Shown: piece after piece, positions 21,043 to 31,260 of the stretch
How positions within the stretch are numbered: the stretch's first letter is position 1
Layout of the letters: the number at the start of each line of letters is the position of its first letter
Origin: Candidatus Bathyarchaeota archaeon
GTDB taxonomy: Archaea > Thermoproteota > Bathyarchaeia > Bathyarchaeales > Bathycorpusculaceae
DNA: 36,728 nucleotides
Direction of reading: 5' to 3'
Assembly (NCBI GenBank): GCA_963806535.1
Contig: CAWDYC010000012.1
Location: 1 to 36,728 of the forward strand
Notes under the pieces: generated by a model
What the model was told of the DNA's origin: nothing
The model's database searches: none
The model's input: only the letters and a program-made list of their open reading frames with translations
Made by a program: the position numbers and the translations under genes

Positions 21043-23850
21043 TTATGGTTCCAACTGTTTTTTAACTGCGTCTTCTGCTGCTTTTATCGCTTCTTGTAGT
21101 TTGTCAGGTTTTGTTCCGCCGCCCTGCGCAAAGTTGGGTCTTCCGCCTCCTCCGCCTCCGAAAATCGGCGCAACTTCCTTCATTATGTTTCCAGCGTTAA
21201 CACCTTTTTGAACAGCTTTTTCCCCCGTCATAATCATAAGTCTGCAAGATTTGCCATCTGACCCATAAAACAGTGTCATAGCTGCGTCATTTCGTTTTAT
21301 AATTTCAGTTGCGGTTTGTAACATTCGGTTAACGTCTGTTGATTCCCCAAAATCTCGTTTAACAATCACTATGCCGCGGACCTCTGTAGTTGCTTCAGCA
21401 TTTTTCGTTTGCCCTGCCAAGCTTTCTTTTTCAGCAAGCTCTCTAGTCAGCTTGCGTTTTTCAACGTTTGCCTCTTTAAGTTCTTTAACGATTTTTTCGG
21501 CGGTTTTATCCAGTTTATCTATCGGAGAAGTCAGAGATTCTGAAACCTTCCAGAGTAAACTCTCCTGTTTCTGTACGGCTTTCACTGCTTCCAGGCCAAC
21601 CGCATAGCCCAATCGTTCCACGCCGTCTTGCACCTTTTCAGTGTAGACGATTTTTACAAAGCCAACCTCCAAAGTGCTTCCTAAATGGGTTCCAGCACAC
21701 GCTTCTACATCCCAATCTCCAGTCTTTACAACGCGGATGTCTTTGCCTGGAACTGCGCCGCCTTGGTAAAGTCTGAAGCCGTATCGTGATTCAGCTTCAT
21801 TACGTGGATACCACTTTATCTCAACTTTCATGTTACCTGCAATTGCACCGTTCGCCAGCAGCTCAATTTTGTGAATTTCTTCAGGGCTTAATCTTTTGTA
21901 ATGCGAAATGTCAAGTCGTGATGTTTCCAAGCCCTTTTGCGTGCCTGATTGCCAAACATGTTCGCCTAAAACCCGTCTAGCAGCTCCATTAATTAGATGG
22001 GTAATAGTGTGCGCTTTCATTAGCGAATAGCGCCTCTCCCAGTTAAGAGTGCCGTGAACGGCGTTGCCTTCCTTGAATGTTGGCGCTGTGCTAAGTTTGT
22101 GGACAATGACTTTGCCAATTTTTTGCGTATCAATTACGTCGAATTTTGATGTGACTGTTGATAACCATCCGTGGTCTGCAGGTTGACCACCGCCTTCGGG
22201 ATAAAAGCACGTTCTGTCCAAGACAACATACTTTTCGTTGATTACTTTTAGAACATTAGCATCAAACTCTTTCATGTAAGTGTCCGTATAATACAGTGTT
22301 TCTGTAGCAGGCAGTTGCTCAGCTATTTTTTCCAAGCTTTTTTCTGCTTGAGTTTCTTCCTCTTCTACTGGTTTAGATGCTTGCATATGCCGTTTAGCGA
22401 TTAAAGCGTAAAAGTTTTCTGGCATCTCCACTTGCACGCCTTCCTTCTCTGCTGCCTGCTTGACAATTTCTGGTGGAAGCCCATGTGAATCGTACAGTTC
22501 TGTGAGCGTGTCCATTGGCAATTTGCCTGTTCCTTTTGCTTTTAGATCAGCGGCTATTCTCTTGACCATACCTTCCCCGCGGACTAAGGTGTCTTTGAAC
22601 TTTTCTTCCTCAACCTTGAGCATTTCAACAATTTCGTTTTGCATTTCTTTGATGCGTGGGAAATCTTTTGACCATAAAGCAACCTGCATGTCTATAATGT
22701 CGTAAAGTTTTGCCGGTTCTATGTTTAGGGTTCGCATTAAACGGTAAACCCTGCGGAACAGTAGCCTTGCCAAATAGCCTTCTTGAATATTTGATGGCAC
22801 AACTCCTTCGGAAAGTATGAAGCTCAATGTTTTTGTGTGGTCGGTTACTGCCCAAGCGTTTTCAATGGGAACCAACACTTTTTCAAGAGTTTGCAAATCT
22901 ATTCCTGTAAGTTCGGCTACTCGCTTACGAGTTACCATTCTGTTCGCGTTTTTGTCAACGCTGACTAAACCGGAATACTTTGCAACTCGGGACAAAAATT
23001 CGTCGTTAACATTGGTTATTCCAGCCATTGGATAGATTTTATCAAGCATTTTTCCATAAATTGCTTGGAACAAGCTTGGAACACCTTGACTGATCCATGT
23101 GAAACGATCAATGCCATATCCTGTGTCAACGGTACGAATTGGCAACTCGACGAATTCTTCGCCAACTACCTTGTATTGCATGAAAACTAATGTGCCGACT
23201 TCCAAGCCGCGAACGATGCATTCCACGTCAGGTCCGGCATTGCCTCCGCCAACCCAGACGCCTTCTTTGTAAATTACTTCATCTGATTTTATGCCTAATG
23301 CTTCAGTTGCAAAGCGCTGGTGGAAACGGACGGTATCATCTTTCCAGTAAATTTCTTTGTCTGGATAATTGAATGCGTGTGCTCCACCCATTTCAAAAAT
23401 AGTTAAGTGCCTGCCAAAAGTGGGGCCAGTATTAGAAATATCGGTTAACCTGATGGATGGCTGAGAAATCACTAGCGGGTTTGCAGGTGGAGGTGCGATG
23501 CCTTCTGTAACGTATGGTTGAAAGTCAATTATGCTGGCGTGAGTTAGGTAAATGTCTTTGCGCCATCTTGCTACAACCGGGTAAGGTTTTATGCGGGTGT
23601 GACCTTCTTTCTCGAAAAACGAGAGGAAAGCCTCTCTCATTTCAGGAAGGCTGAAGCTTTTTTTCGTTGCTGGATTATTTATGAAGGTGTAGCATCCGCA
23701 TTCGTCAGAGGTTGATTCGCCACAAGTTTCTTGCTTCTCATTTTGTGTCCAATAGTATTCTCCACATTTTGGGCAATGTTTCCTGACAAAACCTTCCTCT
23801 TTAAAGAATGGAAGCGAATAATCCTTCTCTGTAAATCTTTGTTCAGCCAT
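21043..23850 (-). CDS. alaS: Alanine--tRNA ligase (archaeal type)
   Basis: CPKC N-terminal Zn ribbon, YPVVARWR, RHLTIFEM, VDTGYGIDR, editing motifs HTITH and CAGTH, GGGGGRPNFAQGGG. Likely ATG 23850. Confidence 0.97.
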   Translation of the reverse strand: MAEQRFTEKDYSLPFFKEEGFVRKHCPKCGEYYWTQNEKQETCGESTSDECGCYTFINNPATKKSFSLPEMREAFLSFFEKEGHTRIKPYPVVARWRKDIYLTHASIIDFQPYVTEGIAPPPANPLVISQPSIRLTDISNTGPTFGRHLTIFEMGGAHAFNYPDKEIYWKDDTVRFHQRFATEALGIKSDEVIYKEGVWVGGGNAGPDVECIVRGLEVGTLVFMQYKVVGEEFVELPIRTVDTGYGIDRFTWISQGVPSLFQAIYGKMLDKIYPMAGITNVNDEFLSRVAKYSGLVSVDKNANRMVTRKRVAELTGIDLQTLEKVLVPIENAWAVTDHTKTLSFILSEGVVPSNIQEGYLARLLFRRVYRLMRTLNIEPAKLYDIIDMQVALWSKDFPRIKEMQNEIVEMLKVEEEKFKDTLVRGEGMVKRIAADLKAKGTGKLPMDTLTELYDSHGLPPEIVKQAAEKEGVQVEMPENFYALIAKRHMQASKPVEEEETQAEKSLEKIAEQLPATETLYYTDTYMKEFDANVLKVINEKYVVLDRTCFYPEGGGQPADHGWLSTVTSKFDVIDTQKIGKVIVHKLSTAPTFKEGNAVHGTLNWERRYSLMKAHTITHLINGAARRVLGEHVWQSGTQKGLETSRLDISHYKRLSPEEIHKIELLANGAIAGNMKVEIKWYPRNEAESRYGFRLYQGGAVPGKDIRVVKTGDWDVEACAGTHLGSTLEVGFVKIVYTEKVQDGVERLGYAVGLEAVKAVQKQESLLWKVSESLTSPIDKLDKTAEKIVKELKEANVEKRKLTRELAEKESLAGQTKNAEATTEVRGIVIVKRDFGESTDVNRMLQTATEIIKRNDAAMTLFYGSDGKSCRLMIMTGEKAVQKGVNAGNIMKEVAPIFGGGGGGRPNFAQGGGTKPDKLQEAIKAAEDAVKKQLEP

Positions 23851-23955
23851 ATCAGTATCCCTTGAGTTGTGTTTCCTGTTTTGAAGTTGGTTTATGAACT
23901 CCACGAATTTAAAGGATTTCAATAAAAATAGGCTGACTCACAATCATGGTTGGCT

Positions 23956-25266
23956 TCATTGCATGTAATCTAAGATATAGCGTCTAAGCGGTTTGGTGAG
24001 GTGCCTCTGAGACCTTGTTGAAGTTGCATACAAGCCTTCTAGGAGCGCTCTAGGTAGGACTGATTCTGTCTTTTTCATTTCATGAAATTTACATCCGCAT
24101 TTTTCGCATCGAAATCCTTGGTTTTTGCCCATGGATTTCAATCGTTTTTTACATATAGGGCAAAACGGATTCTCCTTTGACGTTTTGATCTTAAGATTTA
24201 GGATGTTAATCTTTTCAAGGTTAATCGTTAATGGATTGCTTTGCGTTGCTTTGTGTGCAGCACCGTAGACCTCAATGCAGTCGCCGACAATGAGTTCTCT
24301 TGCAATTTTACGCAGACTCCCCGTCGGCTCATAAGCTGCGCAATCTACCTCCGCTGAATCGTCCTTGATTGAAAAAATAACGTGACGAAGTGGAACTATG
24401 TGTGGATTTTTCGAAACAATTCCTCTTGCAATAATAGAATTGTAAGGCTCAATTTTGTCTAAAGATTCGACATATTTTAGGTGGGCGTCTGTGCCTTGGT
24501 TTGAACGGAAAATAATACAGCGCCCAACAGGTTCAAGTGGCTTAACTAATCCGTAAGCTTCCTTAACTATTTCAGCTGTTTCGCCTCGAATGCCGAAAAA
24601 GATCGGGTCTGGGCCTCGTGGAGTAATTATTACTCTAGAGGCTTCTTCATCTACATTGTTGAAAACGTAAGGCCACAATAGCTTATCCATTTCAAAAATT
24701 GACGTTTCATCCACCTTTCGCTTTGACCCCCAATTTTGGGGTTCTCGATAAGCAATCAACTCGTAAGTAGAATCATCATCTAAGGTTTCGCCTATGGCTG
24801 CTAAAGAGCCTATGATACCTCTGCAAGAGTTAAACCCAAACGCTTCAGCACCATACGTCTTGATTAAAGCCAAAGCCTCTTTAAGTGTCACAATACTTGT
24901 TTCCGTCTTTCTGGCAAAAAATTTTAGTTTCTCAGGAATCTTTTGACCTTTAAAGAAGACTATGCCCGGGTCAGTGCCTTTTTCTTTTATGGCAGAGTTT
25001 TTTTCCCATAGGTCTACAACCGCTTCTTTAATTTTCTCTTCAAAGGCTGCATCATACTTGAATCTTAAACAGAGAGCGCCGTTGCCTCTTGTTTTCCATG
25101 GCACATTTGGATTAAGCCGTATGAGAGAAGGATAATCAGTAAATTGAACATTAAATTTTCCAAGCTTTTCGATAAGTAATGCTGCAAGGTAAGTTGTACA
25201 TCCTCCTTTTGTTGAGTCAGTATCGTCAAAACCAATATGCATTATCTGTTGAAGGGTCAAAGCCAC
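23956..25266 (-). CDS. tiaS: tRNA(Ile2) 2-agmatinylcytidine synthetase
   Basis: HIGFDDTDS.KGGCTTY, RLNPNVPWKTRGNGA, PRGPDP, SNQGTDAH, AAYEPT, CPIC...CEKC, RHLTKP. Confidence 0.95.
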   Translation of the reverse strand: MALTLQQIMHIGFDDTDSTKGGCTTYLAALLIEKLGKFNVQFTDYPSLIRLNPNVPWKTRGNGALCLRFKYDAAFEEKIKEAVVDLWEKNSAIKEKGTDPGIVFFKGQKIPEKLKFFARKTETSIVTLKEALALIKTYGAEAFGFNSCRGIIGSLAAIGETLDDDSTYELIAYREPQNWGSKRKVDETSIFEMDKLLWPYVFNNVDEEASRVIITPRGPDPIFFGIRGETAEIVKEAYGLVKPLEPVGRCIIFRSNQGTDAHLKYVESLDKIEPYNSIIARGIVSKNPHIVPLRHVIFSIKDDSAEVDCAAYEPTGSLRKIARELIVGDCIEVYGAAHKATQSNPLTINLEKINILNLKIKTSKENPFCPICKKRLKSMGKNQGFRCEKCGCKFHEMKKTESVLPRALLEGLYATSTRSQRHLTKPLRRYILDYMQ

Positions 25267-25346
25267 CTTGTTCTCCGAGATAAAGAAAGAATAGCCTGCG
25301 AGAGTAAAAAAAATATTGTTTTTTTATACTAAAAAAATGGGTTTAA

Positions 25347-25634
25347 TTAGGTGATAAGGGGGTTTGATTCAAAAAATACTTGTTCGTGTAATGCAGCGAC
25401 TGGTTTTTCATCTATTATCATGGTAAGCTTTGAGTTTATTTTGGCAACTTTTGCTATTCTTTTGGTAACAATAAATTTGAGCTTTTCCATGTTTTCAGCT
25501 TTAATGTTTGCAATTATATCGTAGACTCCCCATAGATTATGTGCTTCTTCTACGCCTTCAATATTTTTGAGTGCTTCTAGGACTTGATTTTCAGATCCAA
25601 TTTCAGTATTTAACAGTACATATGCAGTTGGCAT
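25347..25634 (-). CDS. Stand-alone Lrp/AsnC ligand-binding (RAM) domain protein
   Basis: AYVLLNTEIGSE...IEGVEEAHNLWGVYDIIA; no HTH. Confidence 0.85.
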   Translation of the reverse strand: MPTAYVLLNTEIGSENQVLEALKNIEGVEEAHNLWGVYDIIANIKAENMEKLKFIVTKRIAKVAKINSKLTMIIDEKPVAALHEQVFFESNPLIT

Positions 25635-26061
25635 TTTTCTTAATCTCCAATCTGTTTTAGATTCAGGGGTCTCAGAGGTTTGGATTTGCTTTTTTGTTCA
25701 AGGGGAACGAAAAAGGTTTCATTGGTGTATCCAAACCTCTTCATCCAACCAATAAAAAATTGCATGCATCTGTGCACAGTGAAGGTCTCTACTCTGTGGC
25801 TTTCTTGCATATTATTATAGATTTGCGAGTCTTCCTTCATTTTTTCACTGCACCAAATGCATGAGACTTCTAAATCAATTGTACAAAATTTAAAATTATG
25901 TGGCTGTATGTTGGCAATCACAACTTAACGCTAACTTAAGAAATGTCTTATTTAAAGAGAATTTAATTCGTGATTAGAAGATTACATAATATTTCGTAAT
26001 GAAAGATTTGATTTTCTATTTAATGCAAAAAAGCAAAAGAAAAAGAGTTTAAATTAGTAGT

Positions 26062-26298
26062 TTATCGATCCTCAACAACGATCATTGTTAAAGTTGACCG
26101 CACTTTGTCGAGTTTTCGAATGCGCCATGTAACTATTTCTTTTAACTTATCCATTGTATCGGCTTTGACTCTTGCTACTATGTCGTAGACTCCGTAAACG
26201 GCTGATGCTTCTTCAACGCCTTCAACTCCTTTTACTGCCTTTAAAACATCTGATTCTGAACCTATTTCAGTATTTATTAAAACAAAGGCTGTGGGCAT
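26062..26298 (-). CDS. Stand-alone Lrp/AsnC ligand-binding (RAM) domain protein
   Basis: AFVLINTEIGSE...VYGVYDIVARV...VRSTLTMIV. Confidence 0.9.
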   Translation of the reverse strand: MPTAFVLINTEIGSESDVLKAVKGVEGVEEASAVYGVYDIVARVKADTMDKLKEIVTWRIRKLDKVRSTLTMIVVEDR

Positions 26299-26380
26299 AT
26301 CTAATCATTCTCTAAGAATTGATAAGTTTACTGTGCATTAAAAAGTTTCCTAGGCGTCAAGACGACGTTTGAATTGTTAT

Positions 26381-27421
26381 TTAAAAAATTGTTTTGTTCT
26401 TTTTCATAATTTTTATTCCTACCCATTGCAGAGCAGCATAAGAGGCAATAAGCCTAAACCATAAAGTCACAACTCTAGTTAGTAACGTAATAGAAACACT
26501 TAGCGCAGCAGGAATTCCGAGTGCAGTAAATGAAATACTCATGATTAATTCTGGAAAACCAAAAAATGTTACTCCAGCCGTTTGAAGGGTGCCAGTTAAA
26601 GTGAAAACAATAAGCACTTTATCAACGGGGACAGGATAACCCAACGCAATAAATGTCAAAAATATGACTGACACTTCGAAAATAAAACTTATAATGGCGT
26701 ATATTATCGGTTTAACTAGGGTTTTAGGATTAGCTTTTAGCTCTTTTATGCCTGAATGAAATTTACCTAAAACTTCCTCAGCTCTAAGGTTAAAATTTTG
26801 AGGATTCCATTTCTTCCTAAAAAACGAAGCAATGCGTATGCCCCAGTTTAGTAGAGTTTTCGTCGCTTTTGGTTTGAGGCTGATATAGTAGATGAGGAGT
26901 AGAGTTGCAATTGATAATGCTAAAACCAGGGCAATGAAAAAGGTTACAATTAACGGTAGGGGATAATTTATGAGTACTAATGCTAAGCCCAGACCTAAAG
27001 CGACATCAGTGATTGTTATAACAAAAATTTTTTGTCCTACTACTGAAGATGCCACTTTTCCTGTGTCGCAGTCCGTGTCTTTAGTTAACATGTAAGTCTT
27101 TGATATTTCTCCAGACCATCCCAACTGTGGAACTGTTGCCTCAAAAAACAATCCAACCCAAGTGAATAGGAGTGCTTTTCGAGTGCCGATTTTTACTGAT
27201 AGATTATTTAGCATATTACGCCAGACTAGAGCAGAGAAGAAGGCGTACATAAAATAAGCCAAAAAGGCGCCTGCATAGTAGTAGAGATTTGTTTTGGAAA
27301 GTATGTGTACAACTTCAGTGGGATTGACGTAGAAGTATAGATAAAGGATGAAGGCGACTAAGCCCAGGATTAAGATTGTAAGTATAGCCTTTGTGTGCTG
27401 TGGTCTTTTTGCATTGCTCAT
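26381..27421 (-). CDS. Flippase-like membrane protein (lysylphosphatidylglycerol synthase TM / UPF0104 family)
   Basis: 346 aa, about eight hydrophobic segments, P..GWSGEISK motif and C-terminal LLTRVVTLW. Confidence 0.72.
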   Translation of the reverse strand: MSNAKRPQHTKAILTILILGLVAFILYLYFYVNPTEVVHILSKTNLYYYAGAFLAYFMYAFFSALVWRNMLNNLSVKIGTRKALLFTWVGLFFEATVPQLGWSGEISKTYMLTKDTDCDTGKVASSVVGQKIFVITITDVALGLGLALVLINYPLPLIVTFFIALVLALSIATLLLIYYISLKPKATKTLLNWGIRIASFFRKKWNPQNFNLRAEEVLGKFHSGIKELKANPKTLVKPIIYAIISFIFEVSVIFLTFIALGYPVPVDKVLIVFTLTGTLQTAGVTFFGFPELIMSISFTALGIPAALSVSITLLTRVVTLWFRLIASYAALQWVGIKIMKKNKTIF

Positions 27422-27602
27422 TGTAACTTTTCAAGCCTTGATTAATGCTTGATGCTTAAACTATTAAGTGTATACAAGAATGCAATCAGATTATCGAAAG
27501 CTTAGGTGCAACTTAACTTTAAGTTGAATTTGACAAAAACCTAACTATTATTTTATAAGCAAAACATAAGCCGACTTATTTAGTTAATAAACAAAAATAG
27601 GG

Positions 27603-27622
27603 AACGATAGAGAACTATCGTT
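27603..27622 (-). terminator. Perfect hairpin right after the RAM gene stop
   Basis: AACGATAG-agaa-CTATCGTT abuts the stop at 27623 and is followed on the minus strand by T-rich sequence. Confidence 0.4.
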
Positions 27623-27856
27623 TTATTCTTCCATCATTATCAATGTTAAGGTGGATCGAACTCTGCTTATGGTTCTAACTTTTCGAGTTACCAAATCCTT
27701 GAGGCTTTCCATTGAGTCAGCTTTTATCTTAGTGATTATGTCGTAAACGCCGTATGAAAAGTAGGCTTCTTCTATGCCTTCGATTCTTTTTAGTTCGTTA
27801 ACAACTTCTTGTTCGGCTCCTGATTCAACGTTTATTAATACAAAGGCTCGGGGCAT
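27623..27856 (-). CDS. Stand-alone Lrp/AsnC ligand-binding (RAM) domain protein
   Basis: MPRAFVLINVESGAE...SYGVYDIITKI...VRSTLTLIM. Confidence 0.9.
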   Translation of the reverse strand: MPRAFVLINVESGAEQEVVNELKRIEGIEEAYFSYGVYDIITKIKADSMESLKDLVTRKVRTISRVRSTLTLIMMEE

Positions 27857-28102
27857 TTTTTGTCTCCACACATAACTAAGTAAACACTGAATTAAAATTT
27901 TTCTCCGAAATGCAAATTCCCAAAGTTAATTACCATAAATTTTGTCTGCTCTAATGGTTAAAAGAAATTTTTGAAGAAATTAGGCTGTCTCATTCTTTCT
28001 TTTGTTCAAAAAGTTAATTTGTAATTGCACATTTTTACATCTAAGCACACAAAAGAGTTATATTAACACAGCAGAAAGGATTAGGTTATTGTGGGGAAAT
28101 CC

Positions 28103-29731
28103 ATGGTTAAGTACATTTTCGTTACGGGCGGTGTATTAAGTTCTGTCGGAAAGGGCATATTAACTTCTTCTATCGGTAAAATGCTTCAAGCACGAGGGCT
28201 AAAACCTACAGTTGTAAAAATTGATCCTTATGTGAACGTTGACGCTGGAACAATGAACCCATATATGCATGGCGAAGTTTTCGTGACAGACGATGGCGGA
28301 GAAACCGACTTAGACTTAGGCTGGTATGAACGCTTCTTAGATTTAAGCCTCAAACAAGAAAACAACTTAACCACAGGTATGGTATACAAATCAGTTATAG
28401 AAAAAGAACGAAGAGGCGACTTTTTAGGTCGTTGTGTCCAAATTGTGCCCCATATAACTAACGAAATTAAAAACCGAATAAAAAGCGTCGGCAAAGCCAC
28501 ATGTGCCGATGTAGTTTTAACTGAAGTCGGAGGAACCGTCGGTGACATTGAAGGTTTACCGTTCCTAGAAGCTATACGCCAAATGCGTTTAGAAGAGGGT
28601 TACGAAAACACGCTTTATGTGCACGTGGCTTTGGTGCCAATTTTAGATGTTACAAGTGAAATGAAAACCAAACCTTTACAACACAGCGTTAATGAACTTC
28701 GGCGCATCGGTGTTCAACCTGATACCATAGTGGCTAGAAGCCCCAAAATGATTGATGCAGAAGCCCTCAGAAAAATAGCTTTGTTTGGAACAATTCCTGA
28801 AAGTGCCGTGTTTTGCTCTTACAACGCAGACTCTGTCTATCAAGTACCACTCATCTTAGATAAACAGGGCATGGGCGACTTTATCTGCCAACGACTTCAA
28901 TTCAAATGCGAGGGCAAAGACTTCGGACCTTGGCAACAATATGTTGAAGCCGCTCTCCACCCAGAACATGAAGTCAAAATAGCTCTAGTAGGCAAATACG
29001 CAGGGCTCACTGACAGTTACGTAAGCATGACCGAAGCTTTACGCCACGGTGGTGCTGCAAACAAAGCCAAAGTCTGCATTTCATACCTTGAAGCTGAAAA
29101 ACTAGAACATGAACCTGAATGCATAAAAGATCTCGCAAATTTCGACGGCGTTTTTGTTCCATACGGCTTTGGTCCACGAGGAACTGAAGGTAAAATTGCC
29201 GCTACCAAATTTGCCCGAGAAAATGACATACCCTTCTTAGGTATCTGCTATGGCTTCCAATTGGCTGTAATTGAGTTTTCCAGAAATGTCTGCGGCTTGA
29301 AAGATGCAAATAGCACAGAGATTAACCCTGAAACGCCTTATCCTGTAATAGATCTTATGCCTGAGCAACGTGGAATAGAACTTAAAGGCGCAACAATGCG
29401 TTTGGGTGCTCACAAGATTATTTTACAGAAAGGCACACTTGCCTATCATCTGTATGGTCAAGAAGAAATCTATGAGCGTCATCGTCACCGATTCGAAGTT
29501 AACTTAGATTATTCGGAAACCCTCAAAAATAACGGTTTATGCTTTACAGGCAAAAGTTCTGACGGCAGAAGAATGGAAACTTTAGATTTGCCAAAGAATT
29601 ACTTCTTCTTTGCTTCACAGTTCCATGGAGAATTCAAAAGCCGACCGGGACGACCTTCACCTGAATACTTCGGGTTCATCCAAGCATGCGTCAACAAAAA
29701 GCTTGGAAAACCAAAAGCTTTCATGCCTTAA
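28103..29731 (+). CDS. pyrG: CTP synthase
   Basis: KYIFVTGGVLSSVGKG, KIDPYVNVDAGTMNP, KTKPLQHSV, GICYG, ERHRHRFEVN, QFHGEF. Confidence 0.97.
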   Translation: MVKYIFVTGGVLSSVGKGILTSSIGKMLQARGLKPTVVKIDPYVNVDAGTMNPYMHGEVFVTDDGGETDLDLGWYERFLDLSLKQENNLTTGMVYKSVIEKERRGDFLGRCVQIVPHITNEIKNRIKSVGKATCADVVLTEVGGTVGDIEGLPFLEAIRQMRLEEGYENTLYVHVALVPILDVTSEMKTKPLQHSVNELRRIGVQPDTIVARSPKMIDAEALRKIALFGTIPESAVFCSYNADSVYQVPLILDKQGMGDFICQRLQFKCEGKDFGPWQQYVEAALHPEHEVKIALVGKYAGLTDSYVSMTEALRHGGAANKAKVCISYLEAEKLEHEPECIKDLANFDGVFVPYGFGPRGTEGKIAATKFARENDIPFLGICYGFQLAVIEFSRNVCGLKDANSTEINPETPYPVIDLMPEQRGIELKGATMRLGAHKIILQKGTLAYHLYGQEEIYERHRHRFEVNLDYSETLKNNGLCFTGKSSDGRRMETLDLPKNYFFFASQFHGEFKSRPGRPSPEYFGFIQACVNKKLGKPKAFMP

Positions 29732-29782
29732 GGCAATCATTAGAAAAGGCTATAATGCATGATTTACATGAAACGATAAGGA

Positions 29783-30082
29783 TTGAGAAAAATGGAACCA
29801 ACAGGAAATTGGGACTCAAAAGGCTTTAGCAAACAAATGAAAGACAGCAAAAATGAACTGGCTGATTTGCAAAATGAACTCAACAACGTAATGATAAAGT
29901 TCGCTTTACGTGCATTGAGAGTTTATCAGTCTACCCGACCCGAGCCTCTTAGACCAGGCGAACTCGCTCTTTTGATTAAAAACGAACTGAATTGGGTTAT
30001 CGCAGATCTTACAGCTCAGCCAAATTTGGACAACATTACAAAGCTCGTTAAAGACGAATGGACTAAAGAGCAAAAAACATAG
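29783..30082 (+). CDS. Hypothetical helical protein
   Basis: 99-aa ORF after pyrG, followed by a T-tract; no recognised motif. Confidence 0.65.
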   Translation: MRKMEPTGNWDSKGFSKQMKDSKNELADLQNELNNVMIKFALRALRVYQSTRPEPLRPGELALLIKNELNWVIADLTAQPNLDNITKLVKDEWTKEQKT

Positions 30083-30166
30083 GTAATTTTCTTTTATCTT
30101 TTTTCTTGAAATTTACGTCTGATTTTATTGCTAAAAATAAATAAAAAAATTAGTTTATCGCTTTGT

Positions 30167-30589
30167 TTATTTTGTGCGACAGAATTCTTCCATTGTTGAC
30201 ATTAAAGTCGGAACTGCGTAGACTATGTCTCTATCATTTACCATGCCTACGAGGGCGCCGTTTTTGTCAACGATTGGTAAGTGCTTTATTTGCCAGTGTT
30301 TCATCAGTTTAGCTGCTTCTTCAACGGTTGCTTCCTCATCTATGACTACCAAAGGGTTTGTGTAGACCATTCTTGCTATGATTGTGCTTAGAGGTACGCC
30401 GTGTTCAACTGCTCTCACTAGAACATCTTTGACTGTTATGATTCCGGTTGGTATCCCGCTTTGTATGACCAGGATTGCATCTTTATCAAATTTTGTCATT
30501 AAAGCGACAACTTCTTTCATTGTTGTATTATTGTTCACTGTTTTACAGTCTTTGGACATTATGTCTCTCACGAGAACATTGCTTGCCAT
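30167..30589 (-). CDS. CBS domain pair protein
   Basis: VRDIMS...GIITVKDVL...AAKLM...IKHLPIVD...GMVNDRDIV. Confidence 0.9.
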   Translation of the reverse strand: MASNVLVRDIMSKDCKTVNNNTTMKEVVALMTKFDKDAILVIQSGIPTGIITVKDVLVRAVEHGVPLSTIIARMVYTNPLVVIDEEATVEEAAKLMKHWQIKHLPIVDKNGALVGMVNDRDIVYAVPTLMSTMEEFCRTK

Positions 30590-30717
30590 TCAATTTTCAC
30601 CTTAACGTCTATGAAAACACACTGGTCATTTATCAATTTTTTGTTTCTTTAGGCTCCACATGTGCAAAACTTAAAGGTAGGTTTATTTTATTGTTTTTCA
30701 GAGAGAGCGAAGAATTT

Positions 30718-31224
30718 TTGAGCATCGATTCTAAACCATCTGAACAATTCAGCGCACGGTTAGATAATGCTAAGAATTATGCTGAAGTTTGGCAAATCGT
30801 AAAGGACACCGTAGAGTTTGCTCAAGCCAAAAAAAGAGATAGTATGATGCTTTTTCTCGATGATTTACCTCTTCAACTTGGCGCCTACTATCCAGTTGGA
30901 ACCAACAACATTGTCTTAAACCGGGCACTGGTTGACATCGTTGAGCAATCAATCAGTTCCAAACCCACAGTTAACGCTTTAACTTACAATCTTCTGCTGC
31001 ATGAATATCTGCATGCTCTGGGTGACCTTTCGGAGGCTGGCGTTAGCGCCGGAGTTGTCGACGTTGCCAAAAAATGCTTTGGAGACCAACACATTGCAAC
31101 AGACATAGCTCGCAAAAGTCCTTGGGTTCTGCTCAAAGATATCCCGCTTGGACCATTTATGGCGCCTAAACGTGTTATGGAAATTGTTAAGAATTTTGAG
31201 AAAACAGGAAAATACATTGTTTAA
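30718..31224 (+). CDS. Small zincin-like protein (putative metalloprotease)
   Basis: LGAYYPVGTNNIVLN and LLHEYLHALG (HExxH) followed by E; likely start TTG 30718 within ORF 30475-31224. Confidence 0.7.
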   Translation: MSIDSKPSEQFSARLDNAKNYAEVWQIVKDTVEFAQAKKRDSMMLFLDDLPLQLGAYYPVGTNNIVLNRALVDIVEQSISSKPTVNALTYNLLLHEYLHALGDLSEAGVSAGVVDVAKKCFGDQHIATDIARKSPWVLLKDIPLGPFMAPKRVMEIVKNFEKTGKYIV

Positions 31225-31260
31225 GCTGTTGAAACCCGTGCGTTTTCTGGCGCAAAATTT

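Noticed and set aside
25640-25921. 93-aa minus-strand ORF between RAM genes
   Set aside because: No recognisable family or motif; cannot be supported from sequence alone.
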